A stretch of 64,000 nucleotides of DNA from Candidatus Eiseniibacteriota bacterium (GTDB taxonomy: Bacteria; Eisenbacteria; RBG-16-71-46), in NCBI GenBank assembly GCA_963744995.1, contig CAVUWA010000005.1:224001-288000 (forward strand), read 5' to 3'. The position numbers and the translations under genes are program-made. Under the pieces are notes generated by a model. The model ran no database searches. It saw only the letters and a list, made by a program, of their open reading frames with translations, and had not been told where the DNA came from. Shown piece by piece: positions 20,701 to 30,389 of the stretch (position 1 is the stretch's first letter; every line of letters begins with the position of its first letter).

Positions 20701-20879
20701 CATTCGCGGCAGGTGCTCGCGTACCAGTAGGGAATGCCGGGCAGCGTGTCGTTGGGCCCGACCAGGTACGGAATCAGTTTCTCGGCGGGCGGTTTGGCGC
20801 AACCGGCCGCCGCGCCGGCCGCACCGATCCCGACCAGCTTCAGGAAGTCGCGCCGATTGAAGACGAAGGATTCGCTCAT
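17787..20879 (-). CDS. actB: ACIII subunit ActB (molybdopterin-oxidoreductase-like domain plus Fe-S domain)
   Basis: Tat motif NRRDFLK with lipobox AAGC; CRECPAGC; C-terminal CTGCNAC, CQHCTDAPC, CVGTRYCSNNCPY, MEKCTMC. Confidence 0.93.
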   Translation of the reverse strand: MSESFVFNRRDFLKLVGIGAAGAAAGCAKPPAEKLIPYLVGPNDTLPGIPYWYASTCRECPAGCGVSVKTREGRAIKVEGLGDHPVNRGGLCARGQAGVQSLYDPDRLKSPMVKDGSGWKPVSWDDALKLAGTRLGDAARGKKGVALVTDHAPGSFQRLATEWAAAMNGRHLVYEPFAHESLREANGRTFGQSTVPHFDFAAAGMLVSFGADFLETWISPVGYARDFAAMRTHHERRFVTVEPRLSMTGVSADEWVAVRPGREIAIALGMAHVILSENLGPALAERGRLLEAVSAWSPAAAAEQSDVPAETITRLAREFASHAPGLAVAGGVAAQSDKSVALQAAVNLLNYVAGNIGRTVRFDRTLDFGAVAPFSDVQQLMSAMSGGEIDVLVVHGANPVYAVPAWAGFGAAMEKVPYKIAIAQAMDETAAACDLVLPASHAIESFGDLETVRGVHSVIQPAMQKVPVFDSKPAGEALIALAASAQVNAGFPATWEDYVKGQWRRLHSRLGAGRPFDDFWKDALQKGGVWEEVQAPAVRWASTPAFSAPELQGAGDLALVLYPSVQLFDGRGANKPWLQETPDPTTKAVWGTWAEVHPDTAAKLGVENGDPIRIQTDAGSAELPVYLYAGMRKDVVAMPLGQGHTGYGRYATGRGVNGTQLLAAAQDEASGAVAFLSAKASLTRGAKAMDLVVTQREMDQHDRGIAQIIPISALMGGAAGHGAEGGHGGEEHAVPPSQTRPGQFTEPMKHPAGYKPPAQAITAFESEEPARAPKRNPIDRGSYKNATHRWAMAIDLDRCTGCNACIVACNAENNVPVVGPEIIKRGREMMWIRIERWEQKVDDAKPDVRFLPMMCQHCTDAPCEIVCPVYATYHNPEGLNAQVYNRCVGTRYCSNNCPYKVRTFNWFDYGAPEKDTFAFPEPLNWQLNPDVTVRSKGVMEKCTMCVQRILKGKGDAKDENREVRDGEIITACAQTCPTEAIVFGDLADPESRVSKLSFDSERRYWVLNELNTKPGVTYLKKIDRNGEGHA

Positions 20880-20886
20880 GACCGCC

Positions 20887-21417
20887 CTAGTGGTGACATG
20901 CGATGCAGTCCATCGTCGCCGGGTACTTAGGGGCATCGAGGTTCTGGCGATGGCAGCCCACGCACCAGCCCATCTTGAGCGCCGGGTACTGGTAGACGAC
21001 GTCCATCGTCTCGACCGGACCGTGACAGGTCTGGCACTCGATCTCGGCCTTCACGTGACGCTTGTGGTTGAACTTCACGTGATCGGGGAGGCGGTAGACC
21101 TCGACCCAGGGAATCTGTTCCTTGCGGTCCCAGTAACCGGCGAGCTTCTGGATCGTCGGCTTCGTGGTCGAAACGATCTTGTGGCATCCCATGCAGGTGC
21201 TCATCGGCGGGATGTTGGCGATCGGGGACTTGTCGGCGCCGTTGTGGCAGTAGAGACAGTCGATCTTCATGTCTCCGGCATGGCGCCTGTGACTGAACGC
21301 AATCGGCTGCTCCGGACCCTTCGTGAGCCCGAGCTCGACGGGGAACGATTGCGTGAAGGCCACCGTGGCGGCCGACAGCGTCGTCAGGATGATGAGGGAG
21401 GAGAGGATTTTCTTCAT
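20887..21417 (-). CDS. actA: ACIII pentaheme cytochrome c ActA
   Basis: Five CxxCH (CLYCH, CMGCH, CQTCH, CVGCH, CIACH); QPIAFSH..H and FNH..H. Confidence 0.93.
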   Translation of the reverse strand: MKKILSSLIILTTLSAATVAFTQSFPVELGLTKGPEQPIAFSHRRHAGDMKIDCLYCHNGADKSPIANIPPMSTCMGCHKIVSTTKPTIQKLAGYWDRKEQIPWVEVYRLPDHVKFNHKRHVKAEIECQTCHGPVETMDVVYQYPALKMGWCVGCHRQNLDAPKYPATMDCIACHH

Positions 21418-21439
21418 CGATGGGAGTCCAAGACGACGC

Positions 21440-21492
21440 AAGCTACGACGCACGTTTTGATGCTGTCAACAGGATTGTGAAAACGGGCACAA
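21440..21492 (-). promoter_or_regulatory. Sigma70 promoter of the act operon with an adjacent Rex/CRP-like operator
   Basis: TTGACA (21469-21464) N18 TAGCTT (21445-21440); TTGTGAAAACGGGCACAA at 21475-21492. Confidence 0.6.
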
Positions 21493-21605
21493 GGTCGGCC
21501 GAACACGCGGGACCGCAGTTGCATAGGTCCTGCACCACCTCCCGGGTTCGGAGGCCGTACCCGGGCGCACCCCCGAGCGCGCAGCGCCGCGCCGGGGCGC
21601 GGCGC

Positions 21606-21644
21606 AAAAAAAGACGCCGGGGGCCCGCCTGAGCGGGCCCCCGG
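21606..21644 (-). terminator. Intrinsic terminator upstream of the act promoter
   Basis: 12-bp stem CCGGGGGCCCGC/GCGGGCCCCCGG, then CGTC and T7 on the minus strand. Confidence 0.7.
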
Positions 21645-21795
21645 ATGCGCTGTGCGCGCCCCGCCGGGCGGATCGTTCGCTTCCGCCGGCACGCTGGGCC
21701 GCCCGCCGTCGTAGCGTTCGCCCGGGCACGGCCCCGGTGCGGCGCTCTCCGGCCGAGCGGCACATATCGACTCGTCCCGGCCGCGCCGGAACCCC

Positions 21796-22380
21796 TTACC
21801 AGCCGGCCTTGGCCTCCAGGACCCCGTAGGTCGAGAAGTGCTCGAGTTCGGTCGAGACCGTCCTGAGTTTCGTGTCGACCGTCGTCGGCATCATCCGCCA
21901 GACGGCGGACTTTTCGTCGTACCAGAAGATCTTGAAGTACGCCGGATCGAGGCTGGGATCGTCTTCCATGCCCGCGTAGGAGACGACGAGGGTGACGGGA
22001 ACGTCGAATCGATTCGGGACGTTCGCGATCTCCAGGTTCACCTTGAGCATGGTCGTGTCGGGCACGTCGACGGTGACGTCGCCGGTGCCGTCGAACGCCT
22101 CGGCGGGGATCTCGACCGCGAAGCGGCCGGCCCGCACCGTGCCGCCGGTGGTGCCGGTCACGCTCTTGACCGTTTTCGTGAGTGTCGACGTCAGCCCGCC
22201 GGCCACGTCACCGACGAGGCCGGCGTACGCCGGCGTGCGCACGAGCATCGTCAGCGCCTGCGCGTCGCCGACGGTACTTTGTGGAGCGACGAGCAGCGCC
22301 CCGCAGCCGGCGAGCGCGGTCAGCCCGAGCGCCGCAACGACGGCGAGCGCCAGGGCGCGGCGGATTCCGTGGGTTCGCAT
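21796..22380 (-). CDS. Lipoprotein with ZU5-like domain ending in an HFS motif
   Basis: GAGAGG SD; lipobox LAGC; GGTV....VEIPAEA; IFWYDE...W; ELEHFSTYG. Confidence 0.7.
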   Translation of the reverse strand: MRTHGIRRALALAVVAALGLTALAGCGALLVAPQSTVGDAQALTMLVRTPAYAGLVGDVAGGLTSTLTKTVKSVTGTTGGTVRAGRFAVEIPAEAFDGTGDVTVDVPDTTMLKVNLEIANVPNRFDVPVTLVVSYAGMEDDPSLDPAYFKIFWYDEKSAVWRMMPTTVDTKLRTVSTELEHFSTYGVLEAKAGW

Positions 22381-22649
22381 ATGGAGCCTCTCCCGGTTCG
22401 AGTTCGTTCGAGGGGGTGAACGAGTCTTCCCGGGAGTTCTCTGCGCAGGACCCGTACCACGGCGAGGCGCGGGCGGCCGCGCCGGGCTCCCCTTGCCGGG
22501 CAACGGCTTGGCGGGGCGCTCAGGCGCCTGGGCGCGCGACGTTTCGAGGCGCAATGCGTGCAATGGCCGGCTGCAAGGCGTGGCTGGGTCGGCGCGCGCA
22601 GCGACCGGGGCATAAGCCGCGGCGCGGGGTGTCGTGCAGCCTGGACGGC

Positions 22650-24113
22650 TCAGTGCGAGCCGGGCTTCACGATCTTGACGAGCTCGTTCTTGAAGACCTG
22701 CTCGTCGGGCATCACGTTGTTGAGGATCGAGGTCTCATCGAGCCCGAGCGCCTGTTTCCCCTGGGCTTCGACGATCTCGCGGAACGGCCCCGCCGCGGCG
22801 GCGGCGAAGACGTGCACGCGGTTGGGCCGCACGTCGAGCCGCGCCGGATCGGCGAGCGGACGCACGCTGCGCATGCTCGCGAAGATGGCCGCCTCGTAGG
22901 CGTCGCCGGGCACGGCGCTGCGGCCGAGGATCTGCAGCATGCGCTCGGGCGTCTGGCGGATGAATGCAACCGCAAGCCGTGCAGGCCCGCTGCTACTCTG
23001 CACCTCGACCACGCCGATCCAGGCGCGCCAGCCGCCGATCGTCTCCACGGCGCCGCTCGCTGCGCCGATGCTGCCGCGCCGCTGCAGCTCGGTGACGTAG
23101 GCCTCGGGCGCGAAGTCGCCCGCGCTCGCCAGCGTCAGCTGCATCGCGGCCTTCTGGTCGCCGGGTGCAGCCAGCACGGCCGAATTCGAGTTCTGGTGCT
23201 GCCAGCCCGCCGGGAAGCGCACTTCGAGGCGCATCTCCGGCTGGTAGAACACGTCGCCGTCGAAGTAGCCGTGGCGCGGATCGTTGCCGTAGACCAGCCC
23301 CTCGAGCGAGGTCTCGAAGCGCCGGCTGTCGATGACCAGTCCGCTCTTCCCCGCCGCGGCCGCCCGGGCCAGCTCGCGCGTGCGGACCTCGCGATCGCCG
23401 GGGTCGGGGTGGGTCGAGAGGAACGCCGGCAGGCTGCTGCCGGACTGCTCGCCCACGCGCTTGAGCATCGCGTAGGTCGAAGGGATCTCACGCGGATCGA
23501 AGCCGGCCGCGGTGGCGTAACGCACGCCCAGTGCGTCCGCCTGCGTCTCGTCGTCGCGGCCGTACTTGAGGAACATCAGCTGCAGGCCGGTCTGTGCGAG
23601 CTGGCTATAACGCGCGAAGGTCTCGCTCGCGATCGACGCGATGCCGAGCCCGAGCCCCGCGAGCTGCTGATAGGTCATGCGCTGCGCGGTATGACGCGCC
23701 GTGACGTGGCCGATCTCGTGGCCGATCACACCGGCGAGCTGCGCGTCGGAGTTCAGGTGCGCCAGAATGCCGCGCGTCACGTAGATGTAGCCGCCCGGCA
23801 GCGCGAACGCGTTCACCGCGGGGTCGTCGAGCAGGGTGAAGTGCCACTCGAGGTCGGGCAATTCGGAGCGCGCGGCGAGGGCCTGACCGATGCTGTCCAC
23901 CCGCGCGGCGAGCGCGGTGTCGTCGTAAACGCCGTATTCGGCCACGATCGCGGCGTGGCCCTCGGCGCCGATCTTCTTCTCCTGGGCGGGGCTGACCAGC
24001 GAGAACTCGCGCTTGCCGGTCGCGGGGTTCACCGCACAGCCGATGACCAGCAGCGCGAGCAGCGCGACGCCGGGCGCGGATCTCATCCAGGGCTTCGGGC
24101 TCCGGAAGCTCAT
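22650..24113 (-). CDS. M48 family Zn metalloprotease lipoprotein (BepA/YfgC-like)
   Basis: Lipobox VIGC-AVNPATG; VNAFALPGG, HEIGH, ETQAD, FLSTHP. Confidence 0.9.
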   Translation of the reverse strand: MSFRSPKPWMRSAPGVALLALLVIGCAVNPATGKREFSLVSPAQEKKIGAEGHAAIVAEYGVYDDTALAARVDSIGQALAARSELPDLEWHFTLLDDPAVNAFALPGGYIYVTRGILAHLNSDAQLAGVIGHEIGHVTARHTAQRMTYQQLAGLGLGIASIASETFARYSQLAQTGLQLMFLKYGRDDETQADALGVRYATAAGFDPREIPSTYAMLKRVGEQSGSSLPAFLSTHPDPGDREVRTRELARAAAAGKSGLVIDSRRFETSLEGLVYGNDPRHGYFDGDVFYQPEMRLEVRFPAGWQHQNSNSAVLAAPGDQKAAMQLTLASAGDFAPEAYVTELQRRGSIGAASGAVETIGGWRAWIGVVEVQSSSGPARLAVAFIRQTPERMLQILGRSAVPGDAYEAAIFASMRSVRPLADPARLDVRPNRVHVFAAAAAGPFREIVEAQGKQALGLDETSILNNVMPDEQVFKNELVKIVKPGSH

Positions 24114-24168
24114 GCCCAAGTCATAGCCAAGCGGCCCCGGTTGTCAAATCCACGGAGCCGGGCGCGAC

Positions 24169-25625
24169 CTAGTAGCGCGGCACCTGCGGATCGATTTCCC
24201 TGGACCACGCCTCGATCCCGCCGCGCAGGTTCTTGAGCTTGCGGAAGCCCGAACTGTGCAGGTATTCGAGCGCGCGCATGCTGCGCTGGCCGGTGTGGCA
24301 CTGCAGCACGATCTCGCGGCTGGTGTCGAGCTCGCCGACCCGCGCCGGCAGCGCGCCCAGCGGGATCAGTTTCGCCCCGGGATGCGCGCGATCTCGAACT
24401 CGTGCGGCTCGCGCACGTCGACGAGGTCGAAGTCGTCGCCGCGCGCCTGCATCGCCTGGAGTTCCCGGACGCCGATCTCCCATTCGGCGGTCGCCGCTTC
24501 GGCCTCGGCCGTCGATGGAATTCCGCAGAACGCCTGGTAGTCGATCAGCTCGTGGATCGTGCGGTGTTCGCCGCAGATCGGGCACGCGGGGTCCTTGCGC
24601 AGCTTGAGTTCGCGGAACCGCATGCCGAGCGCGTCGAAGATCAGCAGCCGCCCCGCCAGCGACTCGCCCAGTCCCAGGATCTGCTTGATGGTCTCGATGC
24701 CCTGAATCACCCCGATCACGCCGGGCAGCACCCCGAGCACGCCGCCCTCCGCGCACGATGGCACCAGCCCCGGCGGCGGCGGATCCGGATAGAGACAGCG
24801 GTAGCACGGTCCGACCCGCGCGTCGAAGACGCTCGCCTGGCCCTCGAAGCGGAAGATGCTGCCGTAGACGTTCGGCTTGCCGGCGAGTACGCAGGCGTCG
24901 TTCACCAGATAGCGCGTCGGGAAGTTGTCGGTGCCGTCCACGATCACGTCGTACTTCGAAACCAGATCGAGCGCGTTCTCGCTGGTGAGCGCGACCTCGT
25001 AGGCGTCGATCGCGACGCCCGGATTGAGGTCGTTCAGGCGCGCCTGCGCGGCCTCGAGCTTCGACCGCCCGACGTCGGAGACGCCGTAGAGCACCTGACG
25101 CTGCAGATTGGACTCGTCCACGCGATCGTAGTCGACGATGCCCAGGCGGCCGATCCCGGCCGCGGCCAGGTAGAGGGCGAGCGGCGAGCCGAGCCCGCCC
25201 GCGCCGACGATCAGCACGCCTGCGGCCCTGAGCCGGCGCTGCCCGTCGAGCCCGACCTCGGGCAGGATCAGATGCCGGCTGTAGCGCAGCAGGTCGGCCT
25301 GCGTCATGGGCGGCAGGCCGTCCGCTCCGGTCGCCCACGCGGGGGGCCCGGGCGCACCGCCCGCGATGCTGGGCACGATCGAGATCGAATCGCCGGCGGA
25401 AAGCGGCGTGGCCTCGCGCTCCAGATAGCGAATGTCTTCGTCGTTCCGGTACACGTTCACGTAGCGCCTCAGGTTTCCGCCGTCGTCGTAGAGATGGCGG
25501 CGCAGCTCGCCATGGCGCTCGACCAGCGCGCCCAGCGCTTCGCCGACGGTCCTGGCGTCCACCTCCACCACGGGCATCCTGCCGGCGTACGGCCGGAGGG
25601 GCGTCGGAATGTAAATGGCGATCAT
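24169..25625 (-). CDS. moeB: MoaD/CysO-like sulfur carrier fused to MoeB/MoeZ (E1 plus rhodanese); 1-nt frameshift near 24378
   Basis: N-terminal IPTPLR...VNVYRNDEDIR...SIAGG; RYSRH, GAGGLG, SNLQRQ, DGTDNF, CYRC, PSCAEGGVLG; rhodanese CHTGQRS...WSREIDPQVPRY continues in another frame. Confidence 0.85.
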
Positions 25626-26068
25626 TGCATGTCTCCCGGCGCGGGATCTTCCTGCGCCAATGGTTCCGGGTCGAACGCGGCGCGGTCGTCCCGCAGCCGC
25701 CACGATCGCAGGTCGGCGACCCGGCCCTGCTCGATGCCGACGATCACGTACGAGTACCAGGGCCAGGCGTGCTCGAGATCGAAGGCCGAGGGCCGCGCGG
25801 GATGGTCCGGATGCGAATGGTAGAACCCCAGCACGTCGAGCCCGGCGGCGCGCGCCTCCTTTTCGGCGCGCAGGAACTGCTCGGGCGAGATCACGTAACG
25901 ATTGTGGCGCGAATCGCCGCGCTGGTTGTCCAGCTCGAAGATGCGCTCGACCTCGCGCACGCCGTCCGTCTCGTGTCCGAGCAGTACGCCGCAGCCTTCC
26001 TCGGGATACGTGCGACACAGATGCGAGTGGACCTGCGCCGTGTGCGCGGCGCGCAGCAGCAGGCTCAA
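25622..26068 (-). CDS. JAB/MPN+ metalloprotease (Mec+-like, M67)
   Basis: YPEEGCG, YHSHPDHPARPSAFD; overlaps both neighbours by 4 nt. Confidence 0.9.
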   Translation of the reverse strand: MSLLLRAAHTAQVHSHLCRTYPEEGCGVLLGHETDGVREVERIFELDNQRGDSRHNRYVISPEQFLRAEKEARAAGLDVLGFYHSHPDHPARPSAFDLEHAWPWYSYVIVGIEQGRVADLRSWRLRDDRAAFDPEPLAQEDPAPGDMQ

Positions 26069-27045
26069 CGGCCGCCCCCTTCCCTGCCGCCCGGCGCTTC
26101 ACCGAGCAGGTCGTCCCAGATCGGCTCGCTCAGATAGCGTTCGGCCGAGTCGCAGAGAATGGTCGTGACCACGCCGTGCTCGAGCCCGCGCGCGACGCGC
26201 TCCGCCGCGGCGACGGCGGCGCCCGCCGACCAGCCCAGCAGCAGGCCGCGCCGCGCCTGGCGCCGCACCATGTCGATCGCGGAGTCGCTGTCCATCTCGA
26301 TCAGCGCGTCGTGCGCCGAGGCGTCGTAGATCGCCGGGGTCATCGCCGTGGGCAGGTGCTTGAGCCCTTCCAGCGCGTGGTAGGGCGAGTCCGGAATCAC
26401 GCCGGTGACGTGGATGCCGGGCGCGAACTCGCGCAGCCTGCGCGCGGTGCCGACCAGCGTCCCGGTGGTGCCGAGCCCGGCGACGAAGTGCGTCACGCGG
26501 CCCTCGGTCTGCTCCCAGATTTCATGGCCCGTGCCTTCGTAGTGCGCACGCCAGTTCATCGGGTTCGAATACTGATCGGGGTAGAACCAGCGCTCCGGCG
26601 ACTCGGCCGCGAGCCGCCGGGCCTCGAGGATCGCGCCGTCGGTGCCGCTCATGGGATCGGTGAACACGATCTCGGCGCCGAGCAGTTTCAGGATCCGGCG
26701 GCGCTCGAGATTCGCGTTCGCGGGAACGCACAGGGTGACGGGGAAGCCCAGCGCGGCGCCGAGCCAGGCGAAGGCGATGCCGGTGTTGCCGGAGGTCGCA
26801 TCGAGCAGCGTCCGGCCGGTCCCGAGCAGGCCGCGTTCGATCCCGTCCCGGACCATGCGCCACGCGGCGCGGTCCTTGACCGAGCCGCCGGGGTTGAACC
26901 ACTCGGCCTTGCCGAAGACCCGCACGGTCTGCGGGACACCTTCGAGCCCGCCGATGGGCAGCAGCGGCGTGTGTCCGATCAACGCGGGGAGGCCGGGCCT
27001 GCCGAGCAGACCGGCGATCGAACGGGGATCGAGGGTGGAGGTCAT
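26065..27045 (-). CDS. cysM: PLP-dependent cysteine synthase (CysM-like)
   Basis: [45 protein letters not shown]. Confidence 0.88.
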   Translation of the reverse strand: MTSTLDPRSIAGLLGRPGLPALIGHTPLLPIGGLEGVPQTVRVFGKAEWFNPGGSVKDRAAWRMVRDGIERGLLGTGRTLLDATSGNTGIAFAWLGAALGFPVTLCVPANANLERRRILKLLGAEIVFTDPMSGTDGAILEARRLAAESPERWFYPDQYSNPMNWRAHYEGTGHEIWEQTEGRVTHFVAGLGTTGTLVGTARRLREFAPGIHVTGVIPDSPYHALEGLKHLPTAMTPAIYDASAHDALIEMDSDSAIDMVRRQARRGLLLGWSAGAAVAAAERVARGLEHGVVTTILCDSAERYLSEPIWDDLLGEAPGGREGGGR

Positions 27046-27279
27046 GGTGCCCGGATTCGATGCAGGGAAGGCCGGATCGGTCGAAATCGAGTGGCGAAAG
27101 CGCGCGGGCGCCCGCGCGGCCCCGGGCGGGCGCCGCCCATGGCGGCCGGCCACCGCGGCCCCCGCGCGGCGCCGGCCGCCGGGGCTCGGGAGGCGCCGAG
27201 CCCTCGACTCGGGCGGCCGCAGCGGACACGCATCGCCACCGGGTGGCGATGCACGAACCGCTCGGGCTAGGATGCAGAA

Positions 27280-28272
27280 GTGATCCTCGCGGGCGACATC
27301 GGCGGCACCAAGACCCATCTGGCGCTCTACGCGCCGGACGGCGACGTCCGTGCCCCGCAGCTCGAGAAGCGCTATCCGAGCCGCGAATCCGGCTCGCTCG
27401 GCGACATCGTCGAGCGCTTCATGGACGAGGGCGCCGGCCGCCCGACGCGTGCCGTCTTCGGCATCGCCGGCCCCGTCGTGGACAACCGCAGCGAGACCAC
27501 CAACCTGCCGTGGGAGGTCGACGCGCGTTCGCTCGGCGAGCGCATGGGCGGCGCCAGGGTCACGCTCGTCAACGATCTCGTCGCCACCGCGCGCGGCATC
27601 GACGCCCTCGATGCGGGCGACTTCCACGTGCTCGCCGCGGGGCAGGCCCACGACGGCAACCGCGCGCTCATCGCGGCCGGGACCGGGCTCGGCGAGGCGC
27701 TGCTGCCGTGGAGCGGCAGCCGCTGGTCGGCGATGGCGTCCGAGGGCGGCCACGCGGACTTCGCGCCGCGCGATCCGCTCGAAGACGAGCTGCTGCGCTG
27801 GCTGCGGGCGAAGTACGGTCGCGTGAGCTGGGAACGCGTACTGTCGGGACCGGGGCTTGCGGACCTCCACCGCTTCATGCGCGACAGCGGCCGCGGCGAA
27901 GAGCCGCGCGCATTCGCGGCGCGCTTCGATGCCGCGCCCGATCCCGCCGTCGTGGTGACCGAGGCGGCGCTGCAAGGCGGCTGCGAGCGCGCGCGCCTCA
28001 CCGTGGAGCGATGGATCGAGATCTACGGCGCCGAAGCCGGCAACCTGGCGCTCAAGGCGCTGGCGGTGGGCGGCGTGTTCGTGGGCGGAGGCATCGCGCC
28101 GCGCCTCGCGCCCCTGTTCGAGCACAGCCGTTTCGTACCCGCTTTCACGGACAAGGGCCGGCTGCGCCCGCTCATGGAATCGATTCCGGTCAAGGTCGTG
28201 CTCGATCCGCAAACCGCGCTGTGGGGCGCCGCCGCGTTGGCGCTGGCCACGGCGGGGAAGGACGAAGAATGA
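27280..28272 (+). CDS. glk: Glucokinase
   Basis: [47 protein letters not shown]. Confidence 0.95.
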   Translation: MILAGDIGGTKTHLALYAPDGDVRAPQLEKRYPSRESGSLGDIVERFMDEGAGRPTRAVFGIAGPVVDNRSETTNLPWEVDARSLGERMGGARVTLVNDLVATARGIDALDAGDFHVLAAGQAHDGNRALIAAGTGLGEALLPWSGSRWSAMASEGGHADFAPRDPLEDELLRWLRAKYGRVSWERVLSGPGLADLHRFMRDSGRGEEPRAFAARFDAAPDPAVVVTEAALQGGCERARLTVERWIEIYGAEAGNLALKALAVGGVFVGGGIAPRLAPLFEHSRFVPAFTDKGRLRPLMESIPVKVVLDPQTALWGAAALALATAGKDEE

Positions 28273-30284
28273 ACGCGAAATCTGCCGCCGACGAACGCAC
28301 CGCACTCGACCAACTCGCCGTGAACACGATTCGCTTCCTCGCCGCCGACGCGGTCGAGAAAGCGAACAGCGGGCATCCCGGCCTGCCGATGGGCATGGCG
28401 GACGTCGCCTACGTGATCTGGACGCGCTTCCTGCGCTATCAGCCCCACGACCCCGCGTGGCCCGGGCGCGACCGCTTCGTGCTGTCGGCCGGGCACGGCT
28501 CGATGCTGCTCTATGCGATGCTGCATCTCTCGGGCTACGACCTGCCGATGGAGGAGATCCAGCGCTTCCGCCAGCTCGGCAGCATCACGCCGGGGCATCC
28601 CGAACACGGCGTGACGCCCGGCGTCGAAACCACCACCGGCCCGCTCGGCCAGGGCATCGGCAACGCGGTCGGCATGGCGGTCGCGCTGCGCATGCTCGCG
28701 GCCCGCTTCAACGACGCGGCCTTCGCCCCCGTCGAGTCGCGCGTGTTCGGCATCTGCGGCGACGGCGACCTCATGGAGGGCGTCGCGTCCGAGGCCGCCT
28801 CGCTCGCCGGTCACTGGGGTCTCGGCAACCTGAACTTCGTCTACGACGACAACCACATCACGATCGAGGGCGACACCGCACTCGCCTTCACCGAGGACGT
28901 CGCGCGGCGCTTCGAGGCGTACGGCTGGCACGTGCAGCGCGCGAACCCCTACGACCGCGACGCGGTCACCGCGGCACTGGCGGCGGCCGTGGCCCAGACC
29001 TCGCGACCGAGCCTCGTCATCACCCGCAGCCACATCGCCTACGGCGCGCCGACCAAGCAGGACACGCGCGGCGCCCACGGCGAGCCGCTCGGTGCGGAAG
29101 AACTCGCCGGCGCGAAGCGCGCGCTGGGCTGGCCGGAGTCGCCGTCGTTCCTCGTTCCCGACGAGGTGCGGTCACGCTTCGCCGAGCGCGCGCACGAGCT
29201 GCGCTCCGACTACGACGCGTGGCACGCCGGCATGAAGGCATGGCGCGAGCGCGATGCGGAAAACGCGGCGCGCTGGGACGCCATGATCGGGAAGCGCGTT
29301 CCGGCGGACGTGTTCGAACAGCTCGTCGCCGAAGCGCCCGCAGGCGCGGCGGCCACGCGCGCGCACGGCGGCACGGTGCTGCAGAAGGCAGCGGCCCTGG
29401 TGCCTTCCCTCGCCGGCGGCAGCGCGGATCTCGAGCCGTCGACCAAGACCGCGATCAAGGACTCGGACGACATCGAGAAGGGTCGCTTCGGCGGGCGCAA
29501 TTTTCACTTCGGGGTGCGCGAGCACGGCATGGGCGCGATCCTCAACGGCATGGCGCTCACCGAGGGATTCATCCCCTACGGCTCTTCGTTCCTCGTGTTC
29601 ACCGACTACGCACGGCCGGCGATCCGTCTGAGCGCGCTGATGAAGCAGCAGGTGATCTGGGTCTTCACGCACGACAGCATCTTCGTCGGCGAGGACGGCC
29701 CGACCCACGAGCCGGTCGAGCAGGTGGCCGCGCTGCGGCTGATCCCGAACCTGCTGGTGATCCGCCCGGCCGACGGACTCGAAACCGCCGCGGCATGGGG
29801 CATGGCGCTGGAGCGCCGTGACGGCCCGACCCTGATCGCCCTCACCCGACAGAAGACCGCCGCGCTCGAGCGGCCCGCGGACTTCGATGCGACCGTGCTG
29901 CGCCGTGGCGGCTACGTGCTCGAGGAACATGCATCCCGGGACGCCGTGACCCTGATCGCGACGGGCTCGGAAGTCGGGCTCGCCGTCGACGCCGCGCGGA
30001 TCCTCGCGGCGGACGGGCTCGCGGCGCGCGTGGTCAGCATGCCCGCGCGCGAGCGCTTCCTCGAGCAGGATCGCGCCTGGCGTGACCAGGTGCTGCCCCC
30101 CGGGGGCCGCCGCGTTTCGCTCGAAGCCGGCGTGACCTGGGACTGGCGCGGTCTCGTGGGCCCCGAGGGGCTCACGATCGGCATCGACCGCTACGGCGAG
30201 TCGGCGCCGCTCGACGCCCTGCGCGAATACTTCGGCTTCACCGGCACAAAGGTCGCCGCGCGCATTCGAGAGTGGGCCGGATAG
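28269..30284 (+). CDS. tkt: Transketolase
   Basis: [60 protein letters not shown]. Confidence 0.97.
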   Translation: MNAKSAADERTALDQLAVNTIRFLAADAVEKANSGHPGLPMGMADVAYVIWTRFLRYQPHDPAWPGRDRFVLSAGHGSMLLYAMLHLSGYDLPMEEIQRFRQLGSITPGHPEHGVTPGVETTTGPLGQGIGNAVGMAVALRMLAARFNDAAFAPVESRVFGICGDGDLMEGVASEAASLAGHWGLGNLNFVYDDNHITIEGDTALAFTEDVARRFEAYGWHVQRANPYDRDAVTAALAAAVAQTSRPSLVITRSHIAYGAPTKQDTRGAHGEPLGAEELAGAKRALGWPESPSFLVPDEVRSRFAERAHELRSDYDAWHAGMKAWRERDAENAARWDAMIGKRVPADVFEQLVAEAPAGAAATRAHGGTVLQKAAALVPSLAGGSADLEPSTKTAIKDSDDIEKGRFGGRNFHFGVREHGMGAILNGMALTEGFIPYGSSFLVFTDYARPAIRLSALMKQQVIWVFTHDSIFVGEDGPTHEPVEQVAALRLIPNLLVIRPADGLETAAAWGMALERRDGPTLIALTRQKTAALERPADFDATVLRRGGYVLEEHASRDAVTLIATGSEVGLAVDAARILAADGLAARVVSMPARERFLEQDRAWRDQVLPPGGRRVSLEAGVTWDWRGLVGPEGLTIGIDRYGESAPLDALREYFGFTGTKVAARIREWAG

Positions 30285-30389
30285 GCGGACACGCCCGGCC
30301 GCGACACGCGGCTCCCGGCGACGGGCATGAACGAACGGCGCCCGGGCCGCAGGGACCGGGCGCCGTCGCGCGCGTCGCTGGAAGCCGGA

